From Leptolyngbyaceae cyanobacterium bins.59 (GTDB lineage: Bacteria > Cyanobacteriota > Cyanobacteriia > GCF-001939115), in assembly GCA_033763635.1 (NCBI GenBank), contig JANRKG010000083.1:1-55722 (forward strand): a stretch of 55,722 nucleotides of DNA, given 5' to 3'. A program made the position numbers and the translations under genes. Below the pieces are notes generated by a model. It did no database searches. It was not told where the DNA came from and saw only the letters and a list, made by a program, of their open reading frames with translations. Below, in pieces: positions 43,434 to 55,592 of this stretch (its first letter is position 1; each line of letters opens with the position of its first letter).

Positions 43434-44486
43434 TCAAGCGGAGTGCCTAGCTTCAAATCTTGTCGATCGCTCAGTTTCCAAACTTTCATCCTGATTGCTG
43501 AATGACCAGGATGAGGCTTGTAATTGATTCACATATTGCATGTACTGGGCGATCGGCTTGTCAATAGGTAAAAGTGCTTTCGGCTCAAAACGAATATTGT
43601 CATAGATTTTGCCATCCTCATCCCGCAGCATGTAGTAGGCAAATCGAGTTAGTAATAAAAGAGCCTGACTGACCATCCATCCTCTTAATCCCTGACGCTG
43701 GGCGGTGACATAAATTGGCTGTACCCGCGTCCGCCCCCTGGGAAGGGGAACATAGGCATAAATCATATGCAATGGAGGTAATAACTTAACTTCCTTTGCA
43801 AGAGTTAATAACCCGATACATCCGTCGGCATAGCGCATCGAATACCCGTAGGTCGGTCCCAGAACTCTGCCGAGGAAGCGTTCTCTCCAGGTTGTTTGAG
43901 GCACTTCTCCCCGCAGGGTGAAGTCCATCCAGTTTCCTGTCTGGTTCTGGTGCAGCGACAGTTCCATTTTGACCGTGAGCCGATGGATGGTTTGCAGGTG
44001 TTGGGCATCGATCCCGTTCATCATACAGATATGGTGATGGCAATTCCGTTCCAGAGGGCGATCGGGTTGCACGATGAGGGGTTTCCCCCGCAACTCGTCA
44101 AATTCAGCAATCGGCTCTGGAGCCGTTGCATCTGGGTAGATCCAAATGAAGCCGTACTGTTCAGTTGTGGCATAGGCTGAGAGATGGGCCTGGGATGGGA
44201 TCACTTCCTGGCAAGGGATCTGACGACATTGGCCCGTTTCGTCGAAGGCCCAGTGGTGAAAATAACAGCGAATCCAGTTCCCCTCTACGCGACCGATGCT
44301 CAAATCGGTTCCCATGTGAGGGCAGAAGGCATCCAGGGCACGGATGCGATCGTCTTCTCCACGAAACAGTACGAACCGCTGCCCACAGAGCGTGAGGGAC
44401 TTGACCCCACCTCTGGGAATCTCGCGACTGGGACAGGCAATGTACCAGCCCTTGGCGATGATCTCTGGGTTATTAAAAATCTGCAT
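43434..44486 (-). CDS. Rieske [2Fe-2S] non-heme-iron oxygenase (alpha-subunit type, VanA/PaO-like)
   Basis: Rieske CPHMG...CYFHHW. Mononuclear iron motif NGIDAQHLQTIH (D-x2-H-x4-H). Confidence 0.8.
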   Translation of the reverse strand: MQIFNNPEIIAKGWYIACPSREIPRGGVKSLTLCGQRFVLFRGEDDRIRALDAFCPHMGTDLSIGRVEGNWIRCYFHHWAFDETGQCRQIPCQEVIPSQAHLSAYATTEQYGFIWIYPDATAPEPIAEFDELRGKPLIVQPDRPLERNCHHHICMMNGIDAQHLQTIHRLTVKMELSLHQNQTGNWMDFTLRGEVPQTTWRERFLGRVLGPTYGYSMRYADGCIGLLTLAKEVKLLPPLHMIYAYVPLPRGRTRVQPIYVTAQRQGLRGWMVSQALLLLTRFAYYMLRDEDGKIYDNIRFEPKALLPIDKPIAQYMQYVNQLQASSWSFSNQDESLETERSTRFEARHSA

Positions 44487-44743
44487 AACCTTCTAGCCTC
44501 TGGAGGAGCGTTTCATCAAAACGTCCTTTTGCTGCACATCCCTTAATTAGCAAAAGATAAATTGCAGACGGAAATTTTCAAAAAAGTAGGTAGTGTTAAT
44601 AAATCACTATGAACGAATTATGATGAATGGTGGTTACTGTAAATTTTTTGTTGTAAATTTTTCATACTTAATTTGAACTTCTTAAGAGATTCTATTGTTA
44701 AAATCAGTAACAAATATGAAAAGATAGGGAAAGTTTTGTTGCT

Positions 44744-45907
44744 ATGGGCCGTACTGGGGTTTTACTGCTGAACTTGGGTGGGCCGGACCAGTTGGAGGAT
44801 GTCCGTCCGTTTCTCTACAACCTGTTCTCTGACCCAGAGATCATCCGTCTGCCGCTGCCCTGGCTCCAAAAGCCCCTGGCCTGGATGATTTCAACCTCGC
44901 GGGTCAAAAAATCTCAAGAGAATTACCGTCAAATTGGAGGCGGTTCACCCCTGCGGCGCATCACCGAAGAGCAAGCCCAGGCTTTACAGGAAACCCTACG
45001 CCACAAAGGGCATGAAGTCAGTATTTACATTGGCATGCGCTATTGGCATCCTTTTACGGAAGAAGCCATCTCCCGGATTCGGCGGGATCAAATTGAGCAG
45101 TTGGTAATTCTGCCCCTGTATCCCCAATTCTCAGTCAGTACCAGTGGTTCTAGCTTCCGTTTATTAGAGCGAATTTGGCAGGAAGACCCGGAACTGCAAA
45201 AGATTGACTATACGGTCGTTCCCTCATGGCACGATCGCCCAGGGTACGTTCAGGCAATGGCCCAACTCATTCGGCAAGAATTGGACCAATTATCTGACCC
45301 GGATCAGGTTCATATCTTCTTCAGTGCCCATGGTGTGCCTGTCAGCTATGTGGAAGAAGCGGGCGACCCCTATCAGACCCAAATTGAAGAGTGTACGGCT
45401 CTGATTATGCAAACATTGGGGCGGCCCAATCCCCATACACTGGCCTATCAGAGTCGGGTGGGTCCAGTGGAGTGGCTGCGTCCCTATACAGAAGATGCGA
45501 TCGAAGACCTGGCAAGTCAGGGGATAGAGAAGTTGCTGGTGGTGCCCATTAGCTTCGTTTCTGAGCACATTGAAACCCTGCAAGAAATTGATATGGAATA
45601 TCGGGAACTGGCAGAGGAACATGGAATTCACCACTTCTATCGCGTTCCTGCCCTGAACACCTATCCCGCATTTATTGATGATCTGGCTAATCTGGTGGTT
45701 GAAAGTTTGGATGCCCCCAGAGTTCATCTGTCCCAGGTGACTCAGTTGCCCAAGAAGATGAAGATTTACCCACCAGAACAGTGGGAGTGGGGCATGACCA
45801 CTGCCGCTGAGGTGTGGAATGGTCGGCTTGCCATGCTGGGCTTCCTGGCTCTGGTACTGGAACTGATCACCGGACGTGGGTTACTTCACTTCGTTGGAAT
45901 TCTGTAA
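44744..45907 (+). CDS. hemH: Ferrochelatase with C-terminal CAB (LHC-motif) transmembrane helix
   Basis: [17 protein letters not shown] and VSEHIETL. The C-terminal [24 protein letters not shown] is the chlorophyll a/b-binding motif typical of cyanobacterial and plant type II enzymes. Confidence 0.9.
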   Translation: MGRTGVLLLNLGGPDQLEDVRPFLYNLFSDPEIIRLPLPWLQKPLAWMISTSRVKKSQENYRQIGGGSPLRRITEEQAQALQETLRHKGHEVSIYIGMRYWHPFTEEAISRIRRDQIEQLVILPLYPQFSVSTSGSSFRLLERIWQEDPELQKIDYTVVPSWHDRPGYVQAMAQLIRQELDQLSDPDQVHIFFSAHGVPVSYVEEAGDPYQTQIEECTALIMQTLGRPNPHTLAYQSRVGPVEWLRPYTEDAIEDLASQGIEKLLVVPISFVSEHIETLQEIDMEYRELAEEHGIHHFYRVPALNTYPAFIDDLANLVVESLDAPRVHLSQVTQLPKKMKIYPPEQWEWGMTTAAEVWNGRLAMLGFLALVLELITGRGLLHFVGIL

Positions 45908-45953
45908 TTTTTCTTTTTTCTATTAAAAATTAATTAGAAATTACGTAGAAATT

Positions 45954-45987
45954 AAAAAGAGGCGTTCTATTGAGAGCGCCTCTTTTT
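45954..45987. terminator. Bidirectional rho-independent terminator between hemH and ugd
   Basis: aaaaagaggcg ... cgcctcttttt. An 11-bp stem including the A/T runs gives U-tails on both strands. Confidence 0.65.
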
Positions 45988-46054
45988 TAAAACGGAACTG
46001 AGAGAGTTTTTAAAGCGGGGGCGAGCGAAGCTGACCCCCCGTTTTGCCAATCGA

Positions 46055-47443
46055 CTAGTGACCAACTCCGACGTAACGGAATCCAGCCGCTTCGAGTTCC
46101 TGCTGATCCAGGAAGTTCCGACCGTCGATCATGACAGGGGAACTCATTAAGCTTGCCATCTTCTTATAGTCCAGGTTTCGGAATTGCTGCCAGTCCGTCA
46201 CCAACACCAAAGCATCGCAGCCGTCTGCCAAGCGCTCTGGATCGGTTTCCACCAAGACATTCGACAAGCCGTGCCGTAAACCCGTCTGAGACACCAGGGG
46301 ATCATATGCTTTCACCTTAACCCCTAGACGGTTCAGATTCTCAATCAAATCCAGGGCTGGGGCATCCCGCATGTCGTCCGTGTCAGGCTTAAAGGTCAGC
46401 CCCAAGAGGCCGATCGTCTTCCCTTTCAAGATCTTCAACACTTGTTGTAATTTCTCGATCGCAATCAGCCGTTGCCGCTGGTTCACGCTCACCGCTGCCC
46501 GCAGGAGTTGGGCTTCGTAACCGTAGTCATCGGCTGTGTGAATGAGGGCAGAGACATCCTTCGGGAAGCACGATCCACCCCAGCCAATCCCGGCTTGGAG
46601 GAACTTGGAACCAATCCGGGAATCTAACCCGATCCCTCTTGCAATCTGGACAACATCTGCCCCAACCCGATCGCAAATGTTGGCAATTTCGTTAATGAAG
46701 CTGATCTTGGTTGCCAGGAACGCGTTCGCGGCATACTTAATCATCTCAGCAGAACTCAAGTCCGTGACCACTACTGGGACGGGAGGCAGGGACGGATCTT
46801 CTGCAAACTTCCGTTCAACGATGGGAGCGTACAACTGCTGCATCATTGCGACCGCCTTGGGATTATTGCCGCCCAAAACGATGCGATCGGGGTTGAAGGT
46901 GTCGTACACGGCTGAACCTTCTCGCAGGAATTCGGGGTTGCTGACCACATCAAAGGTTGCCTGTACTTCGGGAGAGATTTCTTCTAGGGTACCCCCTGCG
47001 GTGACGGGCACCTGTTGCCGTTCCCGAATTCCATCCAGCACAATCCGACGAACCCAATCCCCTGAGCCAATGGGTACTGTGGACTTGTTGACAATGACTT
47101 TGTACCCGCCATCTAGATGGGCACCGATTCCCTTAGCAACCGCTTCTACATATCGGGTATCACTTTCCCCCGTTGGTAGAGGGGGAGTTCCCACTGCAAT
47201 GAATAAAATTTCTCCGTGAGTCACTCCCGCACCCAGGTCAGTTGTGAACTCGATCGTCCCGGACTGGATCGCATTCTGCATAATCTCCGAGAGTCCCGGT
47301 TCGAAGATGGGTGACTGGCCGGACTGCATCAATTTCACTTTCTCTTCATTGTTATCCACACAGATAACCTGATGCCCGGTATGAGCCAAGCAAGCTCCCG
47401 TAACCAGTCCAACATATCCTGTACCGATGACACAAACGCGCAT
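46055..47443 (-). CDS. ugd: UDP-glucose 6-dehydrogenase
   Basis: MRVCVIGTGYVGLVTGACLA (NAD fold) and GGSCFPKD (catalytic Cys). 462 aa. Confidence 0.9.
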   Translation of the reverse strand: MRVCVIGTGYVGLVTGACLAHTGHQVICVDNNEEKVKLMQSGQSPIFEPGLSEIMQNAIQSGTIEFTTDLGAGVTHGEILFIAVGTPPLPTGESDTRYVEAVAKGIGAHLDGGYKVIVNKSTVPIGSGDWVRRIVLDGIRERQQVPVTAGGTLEEISPEVQATFDVVSNPEFLREGSAVYDTFNPDRIVLGGNNPKAVAMMQQLYAPIVERKFAEDPSLPPVPVVVTDLSSAEMIKYAANAFLATKISFINEIANICDRVGADVVQIARGIGLDSRIGSKFLQAGIGWGGSCFPKDVSALIHTADDYGYEAQLLRAAVSVNQRQRLIAIEKLQQVLKILKGKTIGLLGLTFKPDTDDMRDAPALDLIENLNRLGVKVKAYDPLVSQTGLRHGLSNVLVETDPERLADGCDALVLVTDWQQFRNLDYKKMASLMSSPVMIDGRNFLDQQELEAAGFRYVGVGH

Positions 47444-47568
47444 AAGGGTGAATCCTCTCTAGATGGATAGTGAAATGACTCGACAGCCATCACAGAATCG
47501 AGATCAAATCGAAATGAAATCGCGGAATGCGATGCAAGCAGGAAAAACCAGATAGAAGACCCATCCGA

Positions 47569-48525
47569 TTAGCTGACTCCCGCTTGCTCCTCCATAATTC
47601 GAGACCGAAAATCTTCAACCGTAAGTTTTAGACCTTCTTGAAGGGGAATGGTGGGTTCCCAGTTCAGCCAGGTTTTCGCTCGGGTAATGTCCGGCTGTCG
47701 CCGCCGAGGATCGTCCTGAGGCAGAGGCTCGAACTTAATTTCCACATCTGGGTTAACCATCTGCTTAACAGCTTGGGCTAATTCCAAAATGGTATACTCA
47801 CCAGGATTCCCCAAATTGACGGGTCCGATGTAATCACTGTTCATCATTCTGATGAATCCTTCTACTAAATCAGAGACATAGCAGAAACTACGGGTCTGTT
47901 TGCCTTCTCCATAAACGGTTAGGGGCCGATTGCGGAGTGCTTGAGCAATAAAGTTACTCACCACTCGACCATCGTTCTCTAACATTCGAGGACCGTAAGT
48001 GTTAAAAATACGAACGACTCGAATATCAACGCCGTGCTGTCGGTGATAGTCAAAGGATAGGGTTTCTGCAATTCGTTTACCCTCGTCGTAACAACTACGA
48101 ATGCCGATCGTATTGACATTCCCCCGGTAATCCTCGGTTTGAGGATGGATCTCTGGATCTCCATAGATTTCAGAGGTAGAGGCCAGGAAGAAACGGGCTT
48201 TTACCTGTCTCGCTAACTCCAACATATTGAGGGTTCCCAATACATTCGTTTTGATCGTCTTAATGGGGTCGTATTGGTAATGCGGTGGGGAAGCGGGGCA
48301 GGCGAGATGATAAACCTGATCGACTTCGAGTTGAATGGGATCAGTAATGTCGTGGCGGATCAGTTCAAAATTTGGGTGGCCCACCCACTTCTGCACATTC
48401 CGCTTGTGCCCGGTGAAAAAGTTATCTAGACAAATGATTTCGTGGCCTTTGGCCATCAGCCTATCAGTTAGATGGGAACCGAGGAATCCAGCACCACCAG
48501 TTATGAGAATTCTCATTGGCTTCAC
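47569..48525 (-). CDS. UDP-glucuronate decarboxylase (UDP-xylose synthase), SDR family
   Basis: [16 protein letters not shown] and YDEGKR (YxxxK). High overall resemblance to UXS enzymes. Adjacent to ugd, which supplies its substrate. Confidence 0.9.
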   Translation of the reverse strand: MKPMRILITGGAGFLGSHLTDRLMAKGHEIICLDNFFTGHKRNVQKWVGHPNFELIRHDITDPIQLEVDQVYHLACPASPPHYQYDPIKTIKTNVLGTLNMLELARQVKARFFLASTSEIYGDPEIHPQTEDYRGNVNTIGIRSCYDEGKRIAETLSFDYHRQHGVDIRVVRIFNTYGPRMLENDGRVVSNFIAQALRNRPLTVYGEGKQTRSFCYVSDLVEGFIRMMNSDYIGPVNLGNPGEYTILELAQAVKQMVNPDVEIKFEPLPQDDPRRRQPDITRAKTWLNWEPTIPLQEGLKLTVEDFRSRIMEEQAGVS

Positions 48526-49069
48526 AGAATAACGACTGCATCAAGTTAGAACTAAAAAGTTAGAACTATATAGAACAGTTCAACTTCACTTTGGTTTCCG
48601 GTCAAGTTTTCAGGTCTTTTAGGAACCCTCAGACTTAATAATCCCAATATTTGAACCGTATTTCTACCAATTGGGTTTCTAGATTCATCCCATTAGCAGC
48701 CGCCTGACAATCTCTTTTTCTTCAATAGAGATACAACTTTTGACCCTGTTCTAAAACTGTTTCTTGGGAAAAATACCTAAAAATCATTTTGGATGGAGAT
48801 TGCTGAGAAGGATTTAAAGGTTTTGTAAAGCTGTCAATCCCCCTCAGAAAAATTTAGAAATGATTTTTAGGGCAGAGAACCCCTTTGTTGCCCTCCGTTT
48901 ATGCCATTCGTTTAATAGATGCCAAATTAACGGATGTTAATTTATTGGAGGGCACCCATCGATATAGCTCTAATGACAGATAGCTTTCGCCTGATCAAAC
49001 GGATAAGCTGTAAAAAAATTATTTATGAGAAAAGTAACAGAATCAATTAAGAGGAATTGAGTGGTAGCT

Positions 49070-49798
49070 ATGAGTGAGATCCGTGTTGCGTTGGTTGAAG
49101 ATCACGACCTTACACGAGTTGGCCTGAAAACCACTCTACAACGGGGGGGGGTGAAAGTCATCGGGGAAGCTGCGAATGGTGTAGAAGGGCTGAAACTTTT
49201 GCAATCTTCTAGGCCCGATGTGGCAGTGATTGACATTGGCCTTCCTAATATGGATGGGATTGAGCTAACCCGTCGGTTTAAGCAATTTTTGTCAGAAGGG
49301 GAGCCATCCGGTCTACCCCCCACTCGTGTCATGATGCTGACGATGCAAAATGACGAAGATGCAGTGTTGGCAGCATTTGCTGCGGGAGCAGACTCCTACT
49401 GCATGAAGGACTTGAATGCAGAAAGTTTGATTCAAGCTTTGCATGTTACCCATGAGGGTAACCACTGGATTGATCCGGCGATCGCCCGTATTGTCCTGCA
49501 ACAAAGTCAGCAGAGCCAGGAAGCCCATGCTGGTGCGGAAATGGCTGCCGGAAAAACTGTCACCATCAATGCGGATTCGGACTACAGCGAAATGCTGGAG
49601 ACCTACCCCCTGACGGAACGAGAACTGGAAGTTCTGGAATTGATTGTGGCAGGGAGCAGCAATGCAGATATTGCTGACAAGCTCTATATCACAGTGGGGA
49701 CCGTTAAAACTCACGTTCGGAACATTCTGAACAAGCTCTGTGCGGATGACCGGACTCAGGCAGCGGTACGGGCACTTCGGGCGGGCTTGGTTAGCTAG
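49070..49798 (+). CDS. NarL/LuxR-family response regulator
   Basis: Receiver domain (VEDHDL, phospho-acceptor VIDIGLPNMDG, a conserved Lys region) plus a C-terminal HTH (LTERELEVLELIVAGSSNADIADKLYITVGTVKTHVRNIL). ATG at 49070; the ORF track starts at GTG 49061. No kinase gene is adjacent. Confidence 0.85.
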   Translation: MSEIRVALVEDHDLTRVGLKTTLQRGGVKVIGEAANGVEGLKLLQSSRPDVAVIDIGLPNMDGIELTRRFKQFLSEGEPSGLPPTRVMMLTMQNDEDAVLAAFAAGADSYCMKDLNAESLIQALHVTHEGNHWIDPAIARIVLQQSQQSQEAHAGAEMAAGKTVTINADSDYSEMLETYPLTERELEVLELIVAGSSNADIADKLYITVGTVKTHVRNILNKLCADDRTQAAVRALRAGLVS

Positions 49799-49946
49799 TT
49801 GGACCAAAATTGAGGCGGTAAATTGGAAAATTCACCGAGTCGGGGAATAGACAGAAGGCACCCTGCCACAAGACACTGTTGAAGGAACCAAGCCAGTCTG
49901 AATGACCAGCAACCGTAAACCTACCTAAAACAGTTAAGGAGCCTCC

Positions 49947-50348
49947 ATGCAGCGATTTATTCCCCTGATTGCACGGGCGTTTCTCGCAGCCATTTTTATT
50001 AAGTCCGGCACTGATAAACTCCTTGATCCGGCTGCAACTCAGCAGTATATGGCTTCCGCAGGGTTGCCCCTCACAGGGCTGCTACTTGCTGGGGCGATCG
50101 TCGCTGAACTGGTCGGGGCAGTCTCCGTGATTCTTGGTTGGAAGGCCCGTTGGGGTGCGATCGCCCTGATTGTATTCCTGGTTCCCACGACCCTGATCTT
50201 TCACACGGACTTTTCCCAACGCATGCAGTTAATTCAGTTCTTGAAGAATCTGGGTCTAATTGGCGGCTTACTGATGGTTGTTGCCTACGGTTCAGGCCCC
50301 CTGAGCCTGGATGAACGACTGGGGGGCGATGGGAAGGTAGATGGGTAA
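49947..50348 (+). CDS. DoxX-family membrane protein
   Basis: 133 aa with four TMs. RAFLAAIFIKSGTDKL and LKNLGLIGGLL are typical of DoxX. Confidence 0.8.
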   Translation: MQRFIPLIARAFLAAIFIKSGTDKLLDPAATQQYMASAGLPLTGLLLAGAIVAELVGAVSVILGWKARWGAIALIVFLVPTTLIFHTDFSQRMQLIQFLKNLGLIGGLLMVVAYGSGPLSLDERLGGDGKVDG

Positions 50349-50427
50349 GGGGGATTGGCGTGGCTCCTGGGAGGGCACAGGGCGAATTCTTCTTAGCCTT
50401 CCCATGACCCAATCACTCATTACCCTC

Positions 50428-51327
50428 TCAAGCTGAAACCTTGGCCTCTTCTAACGGCAACTTCTCTGCTTCTTCGTCATAGAGTTGCAAAACCATTCCT
50501 TCGCGGGCTAATAGCGCGTGGGGAAAGTGCTTAACTGCCTGAAGCGCTATGTCATCTAAAAACTCGTCGTTGTGAAGGGGGTCATGGTGGAAGATGACCA
50601 GTTGCTTCACTTGGGCGGCACGGGCGACCTTGATCGCCTCCTGCCAAGTGGAGTGGCCCCAACCGACTCGACTACTCTTAGTGGAGTTATATTCTTCGTC
50701 TGTGTAGGTCGCATCGTAAATCAAGACATCCGCTTCGCGGGCCAGATGAAGTAGATTTTCGTCCAAATGATCGGCGAAATGTTCCGTATCGGAGGCGTAG
50801 ACTGCCGCATGGCCCCGCCAATTTACCCGATAGCCAACGGCCTGTCCTGGGTGATTCAAAGGCCCTGTTTCGATCGTCACGTCTCCAATTTGAATGGATT
50901 GACCCACTTCAACATCATAAAAGTGTAGGTCGGCCCCCATTACCTGGAGTGGCACCGGAAAGTTGGGATGCAGCATTTGATCGTTCAATCGCCGCTCAAT
51001 GGTGAATCCGTTTGGGGCAACTGCCCCGTATATATGAAAACGGTTGCCTTTCACAAAAGCGGGCGAGAAAAAAGGAAAACCTTGGATATGATCCCAGTGG
51101 GAATGGGTAAAGAACAGAGAGGCTTCTACGGGCATTTGGGTCAGCAAGTGTTGCCCCAGAACCCGCAGCCCGGTTCCTCCGTCGAAGATCAACCGACGAC
51201 CGCCAACGCGCATCTCAATGCAAGGGGTGTTTCCGCCGTAACGAACCGTTTCGGACCCTGGACAGGCAATACTTCCCCTCACCCCCCAGAAATGAACCGT
51301 AAACTGGTTTTCCTCCATTTCAAACAT
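50428..51327 (-). CDS. MBL-fold metallo-hydrolase
   Basis: FTHSHWDHIQG (HxHxDH) with downstream His/Asp ligands. 299 aa. Confidence 0.8.
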   Translation of the reverse strand: MFEMEENQFTVHFWGVRGSIACPGSETVRYGGNTPCIEMRVGGRRLIFDGGTGLRVLGQHLLTQMPVEASLFFTHSHWDHIQGFPFFSPAFVKGNRFHIYGAVAPNGFTIERRLNDQMLHPNFPVPLQVMGADLHFYDVEVGQSIQIGDVTIETGPLNHPGQAVGYRVNWRGHAAVYASDTEHFADHLDENLLHLAREADVLIYDATYTDEEYNSTKSSRVGWGHSTWQEAIKVARAAQVKQLVIFHHDPLHNDEFLDDIALQAVKHFPHALLAREGMVLQLYDEEAEKLPLEEAKVSA

Positions 51328-51407
51328 GCGCTCTCCATCGGATTCGATCGAATCTAAACGCTAGCATTCCGGTTATCTATCTGCTTATCTATCGTTGCTG
51401 TGGCCTT

Positions 51408-51472
51408 TGCTGTTTCTCTCTGCTGTTTCTCTCTGCTGTTTCTCTTTGCTGTTTCTCTTTGCTGTGTGTCCC
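51408..51472. repeat. Tandem repeat, 13-bp unit tgctgtttctctc x4 plus one degenerate copy
   Basis: Units at 51408, 51421, 51434 and 51447 (the last two end in tt), with a degenerate fifth unit at 51460. It lies about 80 bp upstream of the MBL-hydrolase start and is preceded by the direct repeat ttatctatc x2. Confidence 0.85.
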
Positions 51473-51793
51473 TGGATGCTATTACAACCATTTTCACTTG
51501 TAATAACAATGATTCACCCCTTAAAATACTGAACCTTACAAAACTATCCCTGGTTGTTTGTGAAACAATGCCAAATCCAAAATGCTAAAAAATAGTATTT
51601 TTTGATACTGGCTGCTCGATATGGATAATTCTTATCCTGAATTTCAATTTTTCAACAGTCCCTACTTTTTGAAATCAGTATTCTACTTTAAGATGCCCAC
51701 TCTGCCCTGGAATGTCATTAATCTACTCTCTATTATCTGCCAGTAAAATTGTTACCAGGTTGGTTTGCTAGAACTTTATAGGAGAAATTTAGC

Positions 51794-52612
51794 TCAATAA
51801 ATTATTTTTTTGTCTAACGAAACATTGAGTTGCCACTCCTGTAAGCTCTTGAGACCTCTGGGACAGGTGAGATCGTATTGTAAAGGGGTGATGGTGATGT
51901 AATTATCCCGGATCGCCTGGACATCTGAAGGCACCTGATCGAGCCATTCAATCCCAGTTTCGCCTGTAATTTCCTCCAATAATTCTCCCGCTAGCCAGTA
52001 ATAACTTTTACCTCGTGGATCGAGGCGTTTCTGGAAAACATCAAAATAACGCCGTACTCCCTGCCGTGTGACTGCCACCCCTGCGATTTCCTCTTGCTTT
52101 ACAGCCGGAACATTGACATTGAGCAGCATTGGAACGGCGAGGGGAGATTGGGACAACTGGGCAATGAGCGTTTTTGCAAAGGTAACCGTCGGTTCAAACT
52201 CTCGATAAGTATAGCTGGCAAGGCTAAAGGCAATCCCTGGAATTCCTTCAATCACCCCTTCCATCGCGGCAGAAACCGTTCCTGAATACAGTACATCCGT
52301 TCCCAGGTTGGAGCCATGATTGATGCCGGAAAGAACAAAGTCTGGAGGGCTACTCAATAAAGCACCCAGAGCGAGCTTGATGCAATCGGAAGGGGTGCCG
52401 GAGCAAGCCCAGGCTTTTACAGACGGATGAAAAATCGTATCGATTGCTTCTGCCCGAATGGGGTGGTGAAGGGTCAGTCCGTGCCCAGTCGCCGATCGTT
52501 CCTGGTCTGGGCAAACCACGGTTACGTCGTATCCTGCCTCAGCAAAAGCATTGGCAAGGCTCCGAATGCCCTGGGCAAAGATACCATCATCGTTACTGAT
52601 TAAGAGTTTCAT
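51794..52612 (-). CDS. surE: 5'/3'-nucleotidase SurE
   Basis: [21 protein letters not shown] and [11 protein letters not shown]. Confidence 0.9.
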   Translation of the reverse strand: MKLLISNDDGIFAQGIRSLANAFAEAGYDVTVVCPDQERSATGHGLTLHHPIRAEAIDTIFHPSVKAWACSGTPSDCIKLALGALLSSPPDFVLSGINHGSNLGTDVLYSGTVSAAMEGVIEGIPGIAFSLASYTYREFEPTVTFAKTLIAQLSQSPLAVPMLLNVNVPAVKQEEIAGVAVTRQGVRRYFDVFQKRLDPRGKSYYWLAGELLEEITGETGIEWLDQVPSDVQAIRDNYITITPLQYDLTCPRGLKSLQEWQLNVSLDKKIIY

Positions 52613-52846
52613 GCCAAATTGTTGGGACGCACACGGTACACAAGACCCTTACCCTAACATGCCCAAAACCGAGGGGTTGCACCGGATCGGTCGGGAATTT
52701 GATGTCGGACAGGCAGAAAAGCACTGTAAACTGAAAAAGTAAAACTCCAAACTCTGGTATAGCACTCCTATAAGCAGAGTAAAGAGATAGGGGTCGGTGT
52801 GATCGGTGATTGTTATCACTAGCCACCCAACTTGATATTGAATGGC

Positions 52847-53851
52847 ATGACTACTCAGACAGACAATCTGGCAGAACAACTGGAAACCCTGCGTCGGGAG
52901 GCGGAGCAGGTGATCGCATCCACAGACAATTTAGAGCAGCTTGAACAACTCCGGATTAAATATCTGGGTAAGAAGGGTCAATTGTCTGGCCTATTAGGGG
53001 GGATGGGGAAGTTACCCGCCGAGGAACGTCCTCGCATTGGGGCTTTAACGAATGAGGTCAAAGATGCCCTACAAACGGCCTTAGACGATAAGAAGACCGC
53101 ACTTCAGGCAGCGGAAATTCAAGCGCGGCTGGAAGCGGAAACCCTGGATGTTACGATGCCCGGAACCTACTACCCTCAGGGTCAGGTCCACCCGATTAAC
53201 GGCATGATCGATCGAGTTATTGATATCTTTGTGGGATTGGGGTACACCGTTGCAGACGGGCCAGAGTTAGAAACGGATTACTACAACTTTGCAGCCCTGA
53301 ACACCCCACCGGACCATCCGGCCCGTGATATGCAGGATACCTTCTACTTGCCGGATGGCAACCTGCTCCGTACCCATACCTCTTCTATTCAAATTCGTTA
53401 TATGGCGGAGAACGATCCGCCGATTCGGATTGTGGCTCCGGGTCGCTGCTACCGTCGGGATACGGTGGATGCGACCCACGCAGCCGTGTTTCATCAGGTC
53501 GAATTGTTAGCGATCGACGAAGGACTGACCTTCACAGACCTGAAGGGGATCATCAAAGTCTTCTTGCAAGAAATGTTCGGTGATGATCTGCCGATTCGCT
53601 TCCGGGGGAGCTACTTCCCCTTCACGGAACCCTCGATTGAGGTAGACGTACAGTGGCGGGGCCGCTGGCTGGAGGTCATGGGCGGGGGCATGGTAGACCC
53701 CAATGTGTTAAAAGCGGTTGGCTATGATCCGGAGGTTTACACGGGTTTCGCAGCAGGGTTTGGGGTGGAACGGTTCGCGATGGTTCTTCACCAGATCGAT
53801 GATATCCGTCGTCTCTATGCCAGCGATCTGCGATTTCTGCGACAGTTCTAA
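52847..53851 (+). CDS. pheS: Phenylalanine--tRNA ligase alpha subunit
   Basis: Class II motifs ([31 protein letters not shown]). First in-frame ATG at 52847; the ORF track starts at TTG 52832. Confidence 0.9.
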   Translation: MTTQTDNLAEQLETLRREAEQVIASTDNLEQLEQLRIKYLGKKGQLSGLLGGMGKLPAEERPRIGALTNEVKDALQTALDDKKTALQAAEIQARLEAETLDVTMPGTYYPQGQVHPINGMIDRVIDIFVGLGYTVADGPELETDYYNFAALNTPPDHPARDMQDTFYLPDGNLLRTHTSSIQIRYMAENDPPIRIVAPGRCYRRDTVDATHAAVFHQVELLAIDEGLTFTDLKGIIKVFLQEMFGDDLPIRFRGSYFPFTEPSIEVDVQWRGRWLEVMGGGMVDPNVLKAVGYDPEVYTGFAAGFGVERFAMVLHQIDDIRRLYASDLRFLRQF

Positions 53852-53868
53852 AAAACTGCATCTCTACT

Positions 53869-53980
53869 AAGGCGATTTCTGGCAAAGAATTTACTGATAG
53901 GTTGCCCTTCAACTCCGCTCAGGGCAGGAACGCTGGTTGAGCGAAGCCGAAACCAGAGGGGAAATTTTTTCTAGAAATTT
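53869..53980. repeat. Copy B of the 112-bp palindromic intergenic repeat
   Basis: Colinear with 27339-27450. Core arms ctccgctca / tgagcgaagcc. It lies between the convergent pheS and eno stops. Confidence 0.75.
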
Positions 53981-53983
53981 ACT

Positions 53984-54014
53984 AAAAGAGACGTTCCACT
54001 GGAACGTCTCTTTT
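53984..54014. terminator. Bidirectional rho-independent terminator between pheS and eno
   Basis: aaaagagacgttcc-act-ggaacgtctctttt, a 14-bp perfect inverted repeat with A/T runs on both sides. Confidence 0.7.
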
Positions 54015-54040
54015 GCTTTTGTCTTTAATCGGTTGGAAAC

Positions 54041-55552
<1,512 letters not shown>

Positions 55553-55592
55553 TTACTCAGATCTGTCGAAAAGACCCCTGGGGAGTGAGTGT

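Noticed and set aside
46542-47219. 225-aa plus-strand ORF
   Set aside because: It is antisense to ugd. Its Ser/Arg/Thr/Pro-rich low-information sequence marks it as a shadow ORF of a highly conserved gene.
49313-49807. 164-aa minus-strand ORF
   Set aside because: It is antisense to the response-regulator gene, which has clear receiver and HTH motifs.
51408-51472. Possible CRISPR array or coding repeat (ORF 51400-51588)
   Set aside because: The units are 13 bp and directly abutting with no spacers, and no cas genes are present. The overlapping 62-aa ORF is a Cys/Leu/Phe-rich product of the repeat itself.
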